A stretch of DNA of 58,008 nt, the filler included, from an uncultured Myxococcia bacterium (GTDB lineage: Bacteria > CAZTWC01), in assembly GCA_964617105.1 (NCBI GenBank). It is 3 parts of 3 records of this genome, joined end to end, with 100 filler letters (N's around TTAATTAATTAA, not from the genome) between each part and the next. Parts side by side here need not be neighbours in the genome. Positions count along the whole stretch, not along the records: positions 38,926 to 58,008 come from CAZTWC010000040.1; 2 more parts are not named here. One strand, written 5' to 3'. Made by a program: the position numbers and the translations under genes. Position 1 is the first letter of the stretch. Each line of letters starts with the position of its first letter. Shown piece after piece: positions 48,662 to 58,008 of this stretch. The notes under the pieces are model-generated. The model searched no databases, was not told the DNA's origin, and saw only the letters and a program-made list of their open reading frames with translations.

Positions 48662-50690
48662 GTTTAGGTTTTTTGGAATTCTTATAACAGGTATTATTTT
48701 GCTGGTGGGAGAGTTGGGCGTAGTTTTCCACCAGGTTCCGGGAGTGAGCCTGCCATAATTTTAGTTTCTGATAGTATTTTTTTACTAAATCTGGATGGGC
48801 AATGGCCAGATTATTTTTCTCGTCCGGATCCACACTGGTATCGTAAAGTTCGCGAAAATCGCTCTCCTGGGTAAGGATAAATTTCCAGGGTTGATCTAAA
48901 AGGCCAAACATAGAGGCTGGCGGACGAGAGCCGAAAAATACTATTTTTGGCTGGCGGCTGCGGGTCAGGTCGCGGCCTTTCATGGCTCCAGGCACCGGTA
49001 TTCCCATTAGCCCCAGCACCGTGGGGGCGATATCTATGTGGCTGGTGGGGAAATTTACCTGCTTCCGGACTCCGGCTAGTTGAGGACCCTTGATTACCAG
49101 GGGGATGTGCACCGCCTCATCGTATACATTGTTACCGTGGCATTTGGCGTTGAGACGCCTATCAAACCCTTCGCCATGATCAGAGACCAGAACCAGCATG
49201 GTGTTTTCCAGCAAGTTGCGTTTTTTTAACATGGTTTCGACCTGGGCTATTTTTTGGTCAATATAATTCAGGCAGCGGTAATAGGCTTTTTTCTCTTGGG
49301 CAATGTCCGAAGGGATAAATTTGGGCGCTCCGGGGAAAGAGTAGGGGTGGTGTCCGGTAGCTATAATGTAAGTGATGGCAAAGTTTTCTTTAGATAAATC
49401 CAAGCCGTCTACCCATTGGAACATAGCTTTGATAGTGGCTTCCTCATCTATTCCCCAGCGGTTGCTCCAGGCTTTTTCCCTGCCCGGCATGGTGTACATG
49501 TCTCTAATCAGGTCATATTTGCGAAACTTGAAAAAGTTGATCATCCAGACAAAGTTTAAATCCACTGAGGAGAAAAGCGCAGTATTAAAATTCTGCTCTT
49601 TCAACACTTCAAACAGGGAGGGGCAGGGTATGCCGGGGTTGAGATAGGGGATAGGATAATAATCTGGATGGGGCGATTCGGAACAAAGGATACTAAACAG
49701 CGATTTCATGCTCAAAGGCCAGGTGGAGTAGTGAGAGTTGAAATATACACTTGAGCCTTCCTGCCAGAGCCGTTGCAGATTGGGCATTGGATGGGTATTT
49801 TTTGGGGTTTGTTTTAAGTATGGTTGGGCCACCGATTCCAGCACTATCAGCAGCAGGTTGCTATGTTTTCTTTTTGAACTGTCTGTATCGGAAATAATTA
49901 AGGGATTATTTTTTAAAGGTTTTTTTTGGGCCAGAGAGTTGTGATCAAAGCAGAATTGGTTGGGGAAATTGTATTTTTTCAGAAATAAGCGCCTGATGGG
50001 CGGCTTTAGATAACTACTTAAAAAATAAACAAAAGGGCTTCTTTCCAGGGCATAGGTTTCAATATTAATATTATAAACCTCGCCGTTTCTGAAATAGGTT
50101 GAAACTATAATGGTCAGAAGTAACATGGTAGCCATGCCTACCAGAATCCCTCGCTTGAAATATTGGCCAAGGCCTGGTAAGAGGCGGGTTGCCATCCAGA
50201 CGCTGCCTACTGAAATTGCCATAGCCATTGCCAAGAATGCAAATGATGTTAAAGATAAATAGAGAAAAATCGATTCCCAGATGGGGCTGCTGGTTTGGCT
50301 GCTGCCCAAAAAAGCGATATCCAGGGCTGTTTTGTCCAGCGGAGAGCCCACCGCCCGGTTGACATAGTAACTTACCACCAAAAAACCGCTATGGATAAGA
50401 TGAATCGGGGCAGCAAAAAGGGCGAAGCGTAGTTTCCTAAGACCCAAAACGGCAATTGCGCCAATGATAGCGGCTCCTACTACATCCCAACCCAGGCAAA
50501 AGATAGTTTTGCCAATGGTATGGTAATAGATATTTTTCTGTCCTTCCAGGGAGATTAGATTTAACAGCAGGGCTGCTTTTACTACCATCAGGATCAGGAA
50601 AGCCCCCAGGGTGTTAGCCAACCATAAAGTCACCCAGGGGAAGTTTATATTTTGTTTCTTAATTGATTTTTGGTTTAAATGGTTTTTCAT
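48585..50690 (-). CDS. LTA synthase/alkaline-phosphatase-superfamily membrane protein (paralog 1)
   Basis: ~5 N-terminal transmembrane segments; LIVLES, TWPLS, GHHPY, SDHGE, SHIDIAPT. Confidence 0.8.
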   Translation of the reverse strand: MKNHLNQKSIKKQNINFPWVTLWLANTLGAFLILMVVKAALLLNLISLEGQKNIYYHTIGKTIFCLGWDVVGAAIIGAIAVLGLRKLRFALFAAPIHLIHSGFLVVSYYVNRAVGSPLDKTALDIAFLGSSQTSSPIWESIFLYLSLTSFAFLAMAMAISVGSVWMATRLLPGLGQYFKRGILVGMATMLLLTIIVSTYFRNGEVYNINIETYALERSPFVYFLSSYLKPPIRRLFLKKYNFPNQFCFDHNSLAQKKPLKNNPLIISDTDSSKRKHSNLLLIVLESVAQPYLKQTPKNTHPMPNLQRLWQEGSSVYFNSHYSTWPLSMKSLFSILCSESPHPDYYPIPYLNPGIPCPSLFEVLKEQNFNTALFSSVDLNFVWMINFFKFRKYDLIRDMYTMPGREKAWSNRWGIDEEATIKAMFQWVDGLDLSKENFAITYIIATGHHPYSFPGAPKFIPSDIAQEKKAYYRCLNYIDQKIAQVETMLKKRNLLENTMLVLVSDHGEGFDRRLNAKCHGNNVYDEAVHIPLVIKGPQLAGVRKQVNFPTSHIDIAPTVLGLMGIPVPGAMKGRDLTRSRQPKIVFFGSRPPASMFGLLDQPWKFILTQESDFRELYDTSVDPDEKNNLAIAHPDLVKKYYQKLKLWQAHSRNLVENYAQLSHQQNNTCYKNSKKPKPISANDYRSTPPTGVKSPQPPEGQF

Positions 50691-50740
50691 AATATATCCG
50701 TAAATTAGAGGGGCTGACAGAGCACTCCTCCGAGAATCAA

Positions 50741-51466
50741 CTAATAAGGTGGCCGCTGCCGTCTGATTTCCCACATTTTCAAAAGCGCTTCTTTGATTAT
50801 TTTACCGCTCATTTTACTGTACCCTCTCTCCCGCTCCGGGAAAATTATCGGGAACTCTTTTACCCTAAAGCCCGCTTTTATCGCCCGAAAGGTGACTTCA
50901 ACCTGAAAGATAAAACCAGAGGAGGTAATTGAACCGGGGTTGATGGCTTCCAGCACCTGGCGGCGAAAGCATTTGAAACCACCGGTTAGATCTTTTATAT
51001 TTACTCCCAGGATAGATCGGGCATAAATACTGCCGCCCCGGCTGAGTATTTTTCGTTTTAAAGGCCAGTTAACTACTCCTCCACCTTTTACATAACGGGA
51101 GCCGATGGCCAGGTCAAATTTGCTTCTGATGACGTTCTTTTTCAAAATGGGTAAATAGCGGGGCTGATGGGAAAAATCAGCATCCATTTGCAGGATAGTT
51201 TGATAGTCCCTTTCCAGAGCCCATTTAAATCCAGATTTGTACGCCTCTCCCAACCCTGATTTTCCTTTTTTGGTCAGCAGATGGATGTGAGGATCGTCAG
51301 CCGCCAGTTTTTTTACAATCTCCCCGGTTTGGTCAGGGGAGTTGTCATCCACCACCAGCACCTCTGTATTAATGGTTTGTAAAATTTTAGGGATGATGGA
51401 GCCGATATTTTCATTTTCGTTATAAGTGGGGATTATCACTAAGGTTTGGTCTGTAAGTTTAGCCAT
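50741..51466 (-). CDS. Polyprenol-monophosphomannose synthase-like GT2 (Ppm1/Dpm1 family)
   Basis: IIPTYNE, VVDDNSPD, QMDADFSH, GSRY, DLTGGF, SKMS. Confidence 0.92.
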   Translation of the reverse strand: MAKLTDQTLVIIPTYNENENIGSIIPKILQTINTEVLVVDDNSPDQTGEIVKKLAADDPHIHLLTKKGKSGLGEAYKSGFKWALERDYQTILQMDADFSHQPRYLPILKKNVIRSKFDLAIGSRYVKGGGVVNWPLKRKILSRGGSIYARSILGVNIKDLTGGFKCFRRQVLEAINPGSITSSGFIFQVEVTFRAIKAGFRVKEFPIIFPERERGYSKMSGKIIKEALLKMWEIRRQRPPY

Positions 51467-51467
51467 A

Positions 51468-52619
51468 TTATAAAACCGGGTTATACACTTTCTGATGGGC
51501 CCGGGCAACACAGCCCAGGGAACTTTGCTCCCGGTATCTGGTCAACCCCGCAATTATTTCTTTTTTCAGGTCAGCATCTTTTAAAATCATGGTTATCGAT
51601 CTTGCCCAGGCCCGGGCATCCCGGGGTGGCACCGCAGTTTTTGCCGAGGTGTTTTCGATAATATCTTCAAATTTTTTTATGTTGGAGCAGACAAACGGCT
51701 TGGCTGCGGCCACAGCCTGGTGGGCCACTCCTGATGCGGAGCCGTATCCCTGGCGGTGTGGGAGCAGCACCATATCGGCTGCTGCATAATAGTCATCCAC
51801 TTCCTGGGAGGCAACAAAGCGGTTTTCCAGAATAATTTGCTTTGGTTTTAGCCGGCTTTTACGTAATCTCTGCAAGTATTGCAAGTAGAACCGATTGTAC
51901 CACACACTATCGTGGATGGATCCTACTATCAGCAGATGGGCATCAGGGATCTCTTTAAGCAGATGGGGCATGGCCTTTAGCAGAATGCCAATATTTTTTT
52001 GGATACGGATAAATCCGAAAAACAACAGCAGGGGAGCATCTGCAGGGATGGAATATTTTTTTCTCACCCGGGTGCTATCTCCAGCCATTTTATTTCCGGT
52101 CCAGTGGGGAATCACCTCGATTTTCTCTATTGGCACCCCATCAGAAACCAGAATTTGGGCGCATGATTTTTGGTGGACGATAATTTTGTCTAAATGTTGG
52201 CCCATTTTGGAATGATAATATGAAACCCGGGGATATCCTTCCAAAAGACCGCTAAAAGGGGTGAAAACAGTGTGCATAGTGATCAGCCGTTTGATTTGCC
52301 GCTTATCCAACTCCTCCAGCAGAGACAGGAGTTCCCGGCTCAGTCCAAACAGGTCGGGAGCATGTTGGATATGGATTAGATCTGGCTTGATCTTATCAAT
52401 CTTTGTCAATATCGATTCTTTAAAGTTTTTTCCCACCTGAAAAGTGGGATGAACCGAGAATTTATCCGACTGAAGAGAAAGGGCATCATGGCTGGCGATT
52501 ATGGACAACTCTTCTCCTTTCAGGCAGTTAAAATCGGTCAGGCTTTTAGCCAACTGTTGGCAATAGTTACCAATACCGCATTGCCGGGGGGGAAAAGTTG
52601 AAATCAGAGCGACTTTCAT
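51468..52619 (-). CDS. GT4-family glycosyltransferase
   Basis: STFPPRQCGIGNY, HIQH, FFGFIRIQKN, AADMVLLP..SASGV. Confidence 0.88.
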   Translation of the reverse strand: MKVALISTFPPRQCGIGNYCQQLAKSLTDFNCLKGEELSIIASHDALSLQSDKFSVHPTFQVGKNFKESILTKIDKIKPDLIHIQHAPDLFGLSRELLSLLEELDKRQIKRLITMHTVFTPFSGLLEGYPRVSYYHSKMGQHLDKIIVHQKSCAQILVSDGVPIEKIEVIPHWTGNKMAGDSTRVRKKYSIPADAPLLLFFGFIRIQKNIGILLKAMPHLLKEIPDAHLLIVGSIHDSVWYNRFYLQYLQRLRKSRLKPKQIILENRFVASQEVDDYYAAADMVLLPHRQGYGSASGVAHQAVAAAKPFVCSNIKKFEDIIENTSAKTAVPPRDARAWARSITMILKDADLKKEIIAGLTRYREQSSLGCVARAHQKVYNPVL

Positions 52620-52635
52620 TAGAATCTCCACTTAA

Positions 52636-53682
52636 TTAGGCTTTGAAATTAGTCTTAGTGCTGTAATCAGTTTCAGGTTCTGTAAGTTTTTTGGTCATAG
52701 AGGAGGTTTTTCCCTTGGCTATTAAGGCTAGTAAGACCAGGCCGCTTATTTGGAAAAAGATTTTGCGAATCCGCCTGATAATCTCCATAGAAAAGCCGTC
52801 TGCCGGGTTCATGCCCAGAGCGCCAAAGATCAGATATGTGCTACCCTCTAAAAATCCTTCCCGGGCGGGTAGCACCATCAATAGGTAGTTGGCCAGAGAG
52901 GTAGCGGCAAAGACCATGGCCACCACCGGTATAGAAGATGGCAATTCCAGTTTATAGAGGATTATCCAAACCTCCGCCACCTGGATCAGACGGTCGATTA
53001 TTAGCCACACCACGCTTTTTAACAGATTGCCGGGATAATCGGAAGCAAAATATTTGAGCCGTTCGTCCACAGTAACCGCTCCCTGCAAACTTTTTTGAGA
53101 AGGGCGCAGAATTTTCAAGGGCTGGTGCTCCAGCCAGGAAAAAATTTTCTGCAACAACCCCAGCCGTAAAAAAATACCCAAAAAGGCGGTGCTGGCCAGT
53201 ACTAAAATGCTGATTATAAGCACGGTCAGGGAGACGGTATAGTCGAAGGTTCCGGCCCAAAAGGGGATGGCGGCCAATCCAGCCACCACCAGGGAAGTGG
53301 TCAGGATATGCAGGTAGTTGTAGACTAGCAGGGAGGAGATTATTTCTGCTGGTGGCGCTTCATCTCTCACCAGATTGCCTTTTGCCAGTTCTCCAGCCTG
53401 ACCAGTAGGCAAGGCGCCTGCCACAGCCAGACTGGCGAAGTTAGTGAGCACCAGTTTGCTTAATCGCACTTTGTACCGGGGTATAAAGGCATAATACCAG
53501 CCCGTACTGGCGGCAATGTTAGAGAGAATTTCGATTAGCAGCACTAATAAAAAGACGGTGCCAAAGGCCAAAAGTTGGTCTACAAGTCTGGCCAGGGTAA
53601 CTTCCCGAATAAGCAGCACCAAGGCTGAGAGACCAACCGCCAAAAATAGCAGATTTATGGTTTTACGGCTAAAAAACTTCAT
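52636..53682 (-). CDS. Flippase-like membrane protein (lysylphosphatidylglycerol synthase TM/UPF0104 family)
   Basis: Multiple transmembrane segments; LPTGQAGE, PAREGFLEG, IIRRIR. Confidence 0.78.
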   Translation of the reverse strand: MKFFSRKTINLLFLAVGLSALVLLIREVTLARLVDQLLAFGTVFLLVLLIEILSNIAASTGWYYAFIPRYKVRLSKLVLTNFASLAVAGALPTGQAGELAKGNLVRDEAPPAEIISSLLVYNYLHILTTSLVVAGLAAIPFWAGTFDYTVSLTVLIISILVLASTAFLGIFLRLGLLQKIFSWLEHQPLKILRPSQKSLQGAVTVDERLKYFASDYPGNLLKSVVWLIIDRLIQVAEVWIILYKLELPSSIPVVAMVFAATSLANYLLMVLPAREGFLEGSTYLIFGALGMNPADGFSMEIIRRIRKIFFQISGLVLLALIAKGKTSSMTKKLTEPETDYSTKTNFKA

Positions 53683-55697
53683 AACTGATCGCTCTTTATG
53701 CCAGTTTGGCAGTTATGGCCTTCAAGGCGGAGAATCTGGGCATAATTTTCTATCAGGTTGGCTGAATGTATTTTCCATAAGCCAAGCCTTTTTTGAAGTT
53801 TCGAGGCTAGTTCAGGGTGTTGTTGGGCCAGGTTGTTTTTTTCTCCTGGATCGGTATGCAGGTCAAAGAGTTGGATATAACCGGTTTCTTCCGCTTCAAT
53901 CAATTTCCAGTGTCCATCCCGGATACCATAATGGGCATTGGGGGGCCTTCCACTGAAAATAGCCAGATTTGGCTGGCTGTTTCTGGTTAGATCTCTGCCT
54001 TTCATGGTAATGGGCGGATCTCTCCCTAAAAGACCAAGCAAGGTGGGGGCGATATCCAGGTGGCTGGTGACGAAATCCACTACCGCCCCTTTGGCGGGTA
54101 AATTGGGAGTCAGGAGCACCAGGGGCACATTCACAATTTCATCGTAAACATGAGGTCCGTGGCTCCTGGCCTCTGGATGTTGGTTGAAGGCCTCTCCGTG
54201 ATCGGCAAAAATAGCCACCACCGTATTGGCCAATAGGTCGGTTTGTCGCAGGTTTTCCACTACCTCCTTCACCCGTAGGTCAATGTAAGTAAGAGAGCGC
54301 AAATAGGCCTGGTGTTCCTCTTCCAGGGTAGGTTTTGGCTTTTGGGCACCGGGAAAGATATAGGGGTGGTGGCCGGTAGCCATCTTGTAAACCGCGAAAA
54401 AGGGGGCCTTTTTTCTTTGCATTTGCCGGGTCCAATGGAGCATGGTTTTGATGGTCACCTGTTCATCAATACCCCAGGAGATGCTCCAGGCATTCTCCCG
54501 ATTCGGCATGGAATGCATATCATACATCAGATGGAATTTGCGATTTTTAAGAAAACGGATTTTACGTTCATATCCCAAGTCATCAGAAGCAAATAGGGCG
54601 GTCTGCCAACCAGCCTTCCTCAACACCTCCATAATACTCTGGCAGGGGATAGCCGGGTTGCTGTAAGAGATAGGCAGATAATGGGGTTGAATATTTTCGG
54701 AGCAATAGAAACTGAAAAGAGCCTTCAAGGTCTGGGGCCAGGTAGTGTAATGGGCTCGGAAAAACACCCCCTCTTCTCTGGCTAATTTTTGCAGGTAAGG
54801 CATGGGATTGGGATTATGTTTGAGATACACGGTGGCGACTGATTCCAGGATGATGACTACCAGGTTCTTAGGAGAAGAATTTTGCTGATTATTTTGCTCT
54901 AAGAGAAGAGGATTGTGAGGTAAAGAACCAGATTCTACCACTGAACTCATATCCAGACAAAAGGGGTCGGCCAGGTTTTTTTGCTTTTTGAACAGGTCTT
55001 GATAAAGAGGTTTTAGATAACTACCTGCCAGGTAGACAAAGTGGCTGCGCTCTAAACCATAGGTGTGTATTCTTACCCCAAAGATTTCACCGTTTCGGAT
55101 ATTGGGGATCACTATTACCGAAATGATCACCAGCAGGGCTAACATGGCATAAATGCAATAGCGGGTGATTTTAGTTATTTTAGGCCACCATCTTATTAGT
55201 AGTAAAGTGACTATAAATGATACCAGTCCGGAGCCGGCCAACAAGAGGAATACCTCAAAGGTTAAATAGTGTCCCACCGAACTCCAGATGCCTTTGCCGG
55301 TTTCACTGGTAGCAACACTCTCTTCATAATTGAGAAATCCCAGGTCGATGGTGGTCTTGTCCAGAGGGCCTCCCAGGGTCCGGTTGGTGAAGAAACTGAA
55401 TACCAGGTATACACCATGAGACAGGTGAATGGGCAGAGCGATGAGCAGGGCTCGGGTGGAGGTTAGAAATTGCCGGAAGGGAAAAATAAACAAATATATG
55501 ATGGCAGCCAGGAAAAAACCGCCAACCACGTCCCAGCCCAGGCATAAAGAGATTTTGGTCCAGGTTTTAAATATCTCTATTTTGCCTTCTGCCCCGGAGG
55601 TGGTGTGTAGAAACAGAAATAGTTTAACTATAAACAGCAGGATGAAGGCACCAAGACTATTGGCCAGGAAGAAGATTTTCCAGCGGTTATTGTTCAT
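53679..55697 (-). CDS. LTA synthase/alkaline-phosphatase-superfamily membrane protein (paralog 2)
   Basis: N-terminal transmembrane segments; IILES, TWPQT, GHHPY, ADHGE, SHLDIAPT; collinear with 48585-50690. Confidence 0.8.
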   Translation of the reverse strand: MNNNRWKIFFLANSLGAFILLFIVKLFLFLHTTSGAEGKIEIFKTWTKISLCLGWDVVGGFFLAAIIYLFIFPFRQFLTSTRALLIALPIHLSHGVYLVFSFFTNRTLGGPLDKTTIDLGFLNYEESVATSETGKGIWSSVGHYLTFEVFLLLAGSGLVSFIVTLLLIRWWPKITKITRYCIYAMLALLVIISVIVIPNIRNGEIFGVRIHTYGLERSHFVYLAGSYLKPLYQDLFKKQKNLADPFCLDMSSVVESGSLPHNPLLLEQNNQQNSSPKNLVVIILESVATVYLKHNPNPMPYLQKLAREEGVFFRAHYTTWPQTLKALFSFYCSENIQPHYLPISYSNPAIPCQSIMEVLRKAGWQTALFASDDLGYERKIRFLKNRKFHLMYDMHSMPNRENAWSISWGIDEQVTIKTMLHWTRQMQRKKAPFFAVYKMATGHHPYIFPGAQKPKPTLEEEHQAYLRSLTYIDLRVKEVVENLRQTDLLANTVVAIFADHGEAFNQHPEARSHGPHVYDEIVNVPLVLLTPNLPAKGAVVDFVTSHLDIAPTLLGLLGRDPPITMKGRDLTRNSQPNLAIFSGRPPNAHYGIRDGHWKLIEAEETGYIQLFDLHTDPGEKNNLAQQHPELASKLQKRLGLWKIHSANLIENYAQILRLEGHNCQTGIKSDQL

Positions 55698-55740
55698 TTT
55701 AAGAAATAATGTTCATTTAGAAAAGCCGGACTAACATCCG

Positions 55741-56109
55741 TTATCGTTCGATAATTCTTTTTATCTTTAGAACCAGGTCACTCATCCGGGTTCCTTTGGT
55801 CAGGAACCCGTTGGCGTTGGTCTTATCTGATAGTTCCATTAACTCTTCTTCCGAAAGGGAGGAGTAATAGACAATTTTAATATCAGGATATAAATCTCTA
55901 AGATTTTTACAAATTTTGTCTCCATCAAATCCAAAGGAATCCAGGTTGACGTCTAAAAGGATAAGGTCTGGTCTAAAGGATGGTAAAAGTTTGGACATTT
56001 GGGCCCAATGACTGCATATTTCCACCTGGAAACCAAAAGAGGAGAGTGATTTTTGAGCAATCTCCAGGGTAATTTTATTGTCATCTATGATTAGTACCCG
56101 ATAGTTCAT
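55741..56109 (-). CDS. Single-domain response regulator
   Basis: VLIIDD, LLDVNL, YSS, FLTKG. Confidence 0.88.
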   Translation of the reverse strand: MNYRVLIIDDNKITLEIAQKSLSSFGFQVEICSHWAQMSKLLPSFRPDLILLDVNLDSFGFDGDKICKNLRDLYPDIKIVYYSSLSEEELMELSDKTNANGFLTKGTRMSDLVLKIKRIIER

Positions 56110-56550
56110 CTTTAGACGGTTTTCCTCTTCTGCTCTTTTCGTTGTGTAGTTTTCAAAATTCTTCCACCTCTGTTGGATAGATATTATATCCCTTTGATAT
56201 TATCATATCTTTTTTTCTTTCTACAATATAAAAATATCCTTTCTTATCCGTTTTAGCAATATAACTGGTAAAAAATCAACCTTATCCGGCCATTTCGCTC
56301 AATTTGTTCAGTTGATTGTCGGTTCCCAGCGAGATCAGCAGCAGGGCCGAGATGATCAGCCGGTTTTGCATCTCCGGGTATTGATTGGACGGATCTATAA
56401 CCATATCTATAAATGGTATCTAAATTTATTAGTTTTGCAAGTCATTTTACTCCCCGCTTCTAAATACAAAATCTCTTCTTGCCTCTGTATTTCAGGTAAG
56501 TTATGGTAGAGTATGACTATAAAAAGTTTTTTAACGGAGAGAGCAAACAT

Positions 56551-57987
56551 ATGTTGATTCAAAAAAAAACCAGATATAAGTTGGCAATGCTTTTATTTCT
56601 CGCTTGCCATATTTTTACATTATCCTGCGGCAGTTCCGGTTCTTTTAAGTTGAAGTTATCCGCCAGCGCTACCGAGATTCCGGCAGATGGGATCTCCTCG
56701 GCAAAATTAATTGCCCTGGTAACCTCTGGAGGTGATCCTGTGCAGGATGGCAATGTGGTCAATTTTCAAACCACCTCCGGCAGTTTTACCGCTGATAGTG
56801 AAACCCAGCAGATAAACGAAAGTACTGTGGGCGGCAAGGCGATGGCCAGCTTATATAGCCCTGACCAGATTGGTGAGGCCCAGGTTACAGCCAGTTTTAC
56901 CGATTTGAATGGTGGTGTCATGGAACAGACCATTACCATTAAGTTCGGGCAGACAGAGCCGGCTGACTCCAGCAAATTCACTTTCACCTGCGCATCCAGG
57001 AATATTGGTGCTCTGGAGAAGAAAGATTTAAAAGTCCTTTGCCATATTTCGGCTAAGAACAGCCAGGGCCAGAGTATCAAAAATCCCCAGGTGAAGTTTC
57101 TCTCTGAGGCGGGCCGGATAGAGGTGGTAAAACCTTACCAGCCGCAAGACCCGGTCAAGTATTACTACATCCCAATGCCGGGAGAGCCTTTGGATGTTCC
57201 CCCCCTGCAGTTTGAGTCCAAACGCAGTGGGTTAGGAGGCCGGATTTTCAATCCCCGGGATGGCCTGGTTTCGGTGGTGGCGGTTATCCGCGGATATGAA
57301 ACTTATAAAGATGACAACGGCAACGGTAAGCACGATGACACAGAACTGTTTACCGATACCACTGAGCCGTTTGTGGACAGCGATGACAATATGCAATGGG
57401 ATCAGGGTGAGGAGTTTTTGGATATCAATGGCAACGGCATTTGGGATCGGGGCAACGGCAAATGGGATGCTGACACCATGGTCAGCCGAACTTTCAAGAT
57501 AATGTGGACAGGAAAAATTCATAAATCCTCCCAGACCAGTCGTTTTCTTTCCGCTGAAAAAATGCCCTCTTTCAAAGTACCCTATCATCAGCAGACCAAT
57601 CTTTTACTATATGTAATGGATGAAAACATGAATCCCCTGGCTTTTAATAATCCCACTTCTGATTATATCAATCTAGAAACAGTTGGCGGCGGTGAACTGC
57701 CGGCAGGAAACGATATTACCTTACAGAATTGCCTGGGAATGAAACTGGCTTCCTCCAAATATGGTGATGATGGGTCAGTGCTGGGTGAGGAGAGCAAAGA
57801 CTGTACCTTTTTTTCCGTTTCTCTAAGAGACGATGACACTGGTGAGCATGAAGATGTCAATGTTACGGTTAAGGGGGATATCAACTATACCCCTGCTCCT
57901 GACGATCAGGAGAACAGTTACCAGCAACTTTCAACTCAACTGCCACCCATTTCCGGGCAGATAATGGGCCAGGAAGTTACGCCCTAG
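56551..57987 (+). CDS. Lipoprotein with Big-1 (invasin-type Ig-like) domain and Ca-binding DxDxNG-type loops
   Basis: Lipobox TLSC; IPADG...VNFQTTSG...GEAQVTA; DDNGNGKHD, DSDDNMQWD, DINGNGIWD; start uncertain (56503 or 56551). Confidence 0.7.
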   Translation: MLIQKKTRYKLAMLLFLACHIFTLSCGSSGSFKLKLSASATEIPADGISSAKLIALVTSGGDPVQDGNVVNFQTTSGSFTADSETQQINESTVGGKAMASLYSPDQIGEAQVTASFTDLNGGVMEQTITIKFGQTEPADSSKFTFTCASRNIGALEKKDLKVLCHISAKNSQGQSIKNPQVKFLSEAGRIEVVKPYQPQDPVKYYYIPMPGEPLDVPPLQFESKRSGLGGRIFNPRDGLVSVVAVIRGYETYKDDNGNGKHDDTELFTDTTEPFVDSDDNMQWDQGEEFLDINGNGIWDRGNGKWDADTMVSRTFKIMWTGKIHKSSQTSRFLSAEKMPSFKVPYHQQTNLLLYVMDENMNPLAFNNPTSDYINLETVGGGELPAGNDITLQNCLGMKLASSKYGDDGSVLGEESKDCTFFSVSLRDDDTGEHEDVNVTVKGDINYTPAPDDQENSYQQLSTQLPPISGQIMGQEVTP

Positions 57988-58008
57988 TTTCTGGTAAGTC
58001 AAAATGAA

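Noticed and set aside
48585-55697. Formylglycine-dependent sulfatases
   Set aside because: No C/S-x-P-x-R motif; the N-terminal transmembrane domain and Thr/Ser site fit the LtaS-like group

Overview
This window is not one continuous locus. Two 100-nt spacers (44 N + TTAATTAATTAA + 44 N, at 19558-19657 and 38826-38925) join three contigs, and there are three internal 10-N gaps. Gene content (TIGR04551-type beta-barrel, Geobacter-type CxxxxCH cytochrome, GGCSC C-terminus, AhbAB) suggests an anaerobic or facultative Myxococcota/Deltaproteobacteria-like genome (inference). Contig A (1-19557) carries rarA and a ~12.4 kb minus-strand run: PfkB kinase, fused AhbA/B, AckA-PduL fusion, single-chain DPD-like reductase, ssnA and four xanthine-dehydrogenase-family genes. 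It also has a divergent porin-multiheme cytochrome trio (7 and 13 heme motifs) and a permease-less PTS (EIIA, HPr, EI). Contig B (19658-38825) carries a GH57 branching enzyme, an atypical metallophosphoesterase lipoprotein, the TIGR04551-type barrel, H-NOX plus histidine kinase, CIRCE-controlled groESL, tsaD, a ComFB-family gene, asnB, gcvT/H/PA/PB, folD and a YhaM-like nuclease. Contig C (38926-58008) carries a phage antirepressor fragment, a complete DDE IS with 16-bp inverted repeats, response regulators, coaX, uvrBC, a cell-envelope cluster with two LtaS-like paralogs and a Big-1 lipoprotein. The best candidates for undescribed biology are the variant anaerobic purine/pyrimidine catabolic cluster with its fusion enzymes, the porin-cytochrome conduit and the twin LtaS-like glycosylation cluster. 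All calls come from motif recognition only; no database searches were run.
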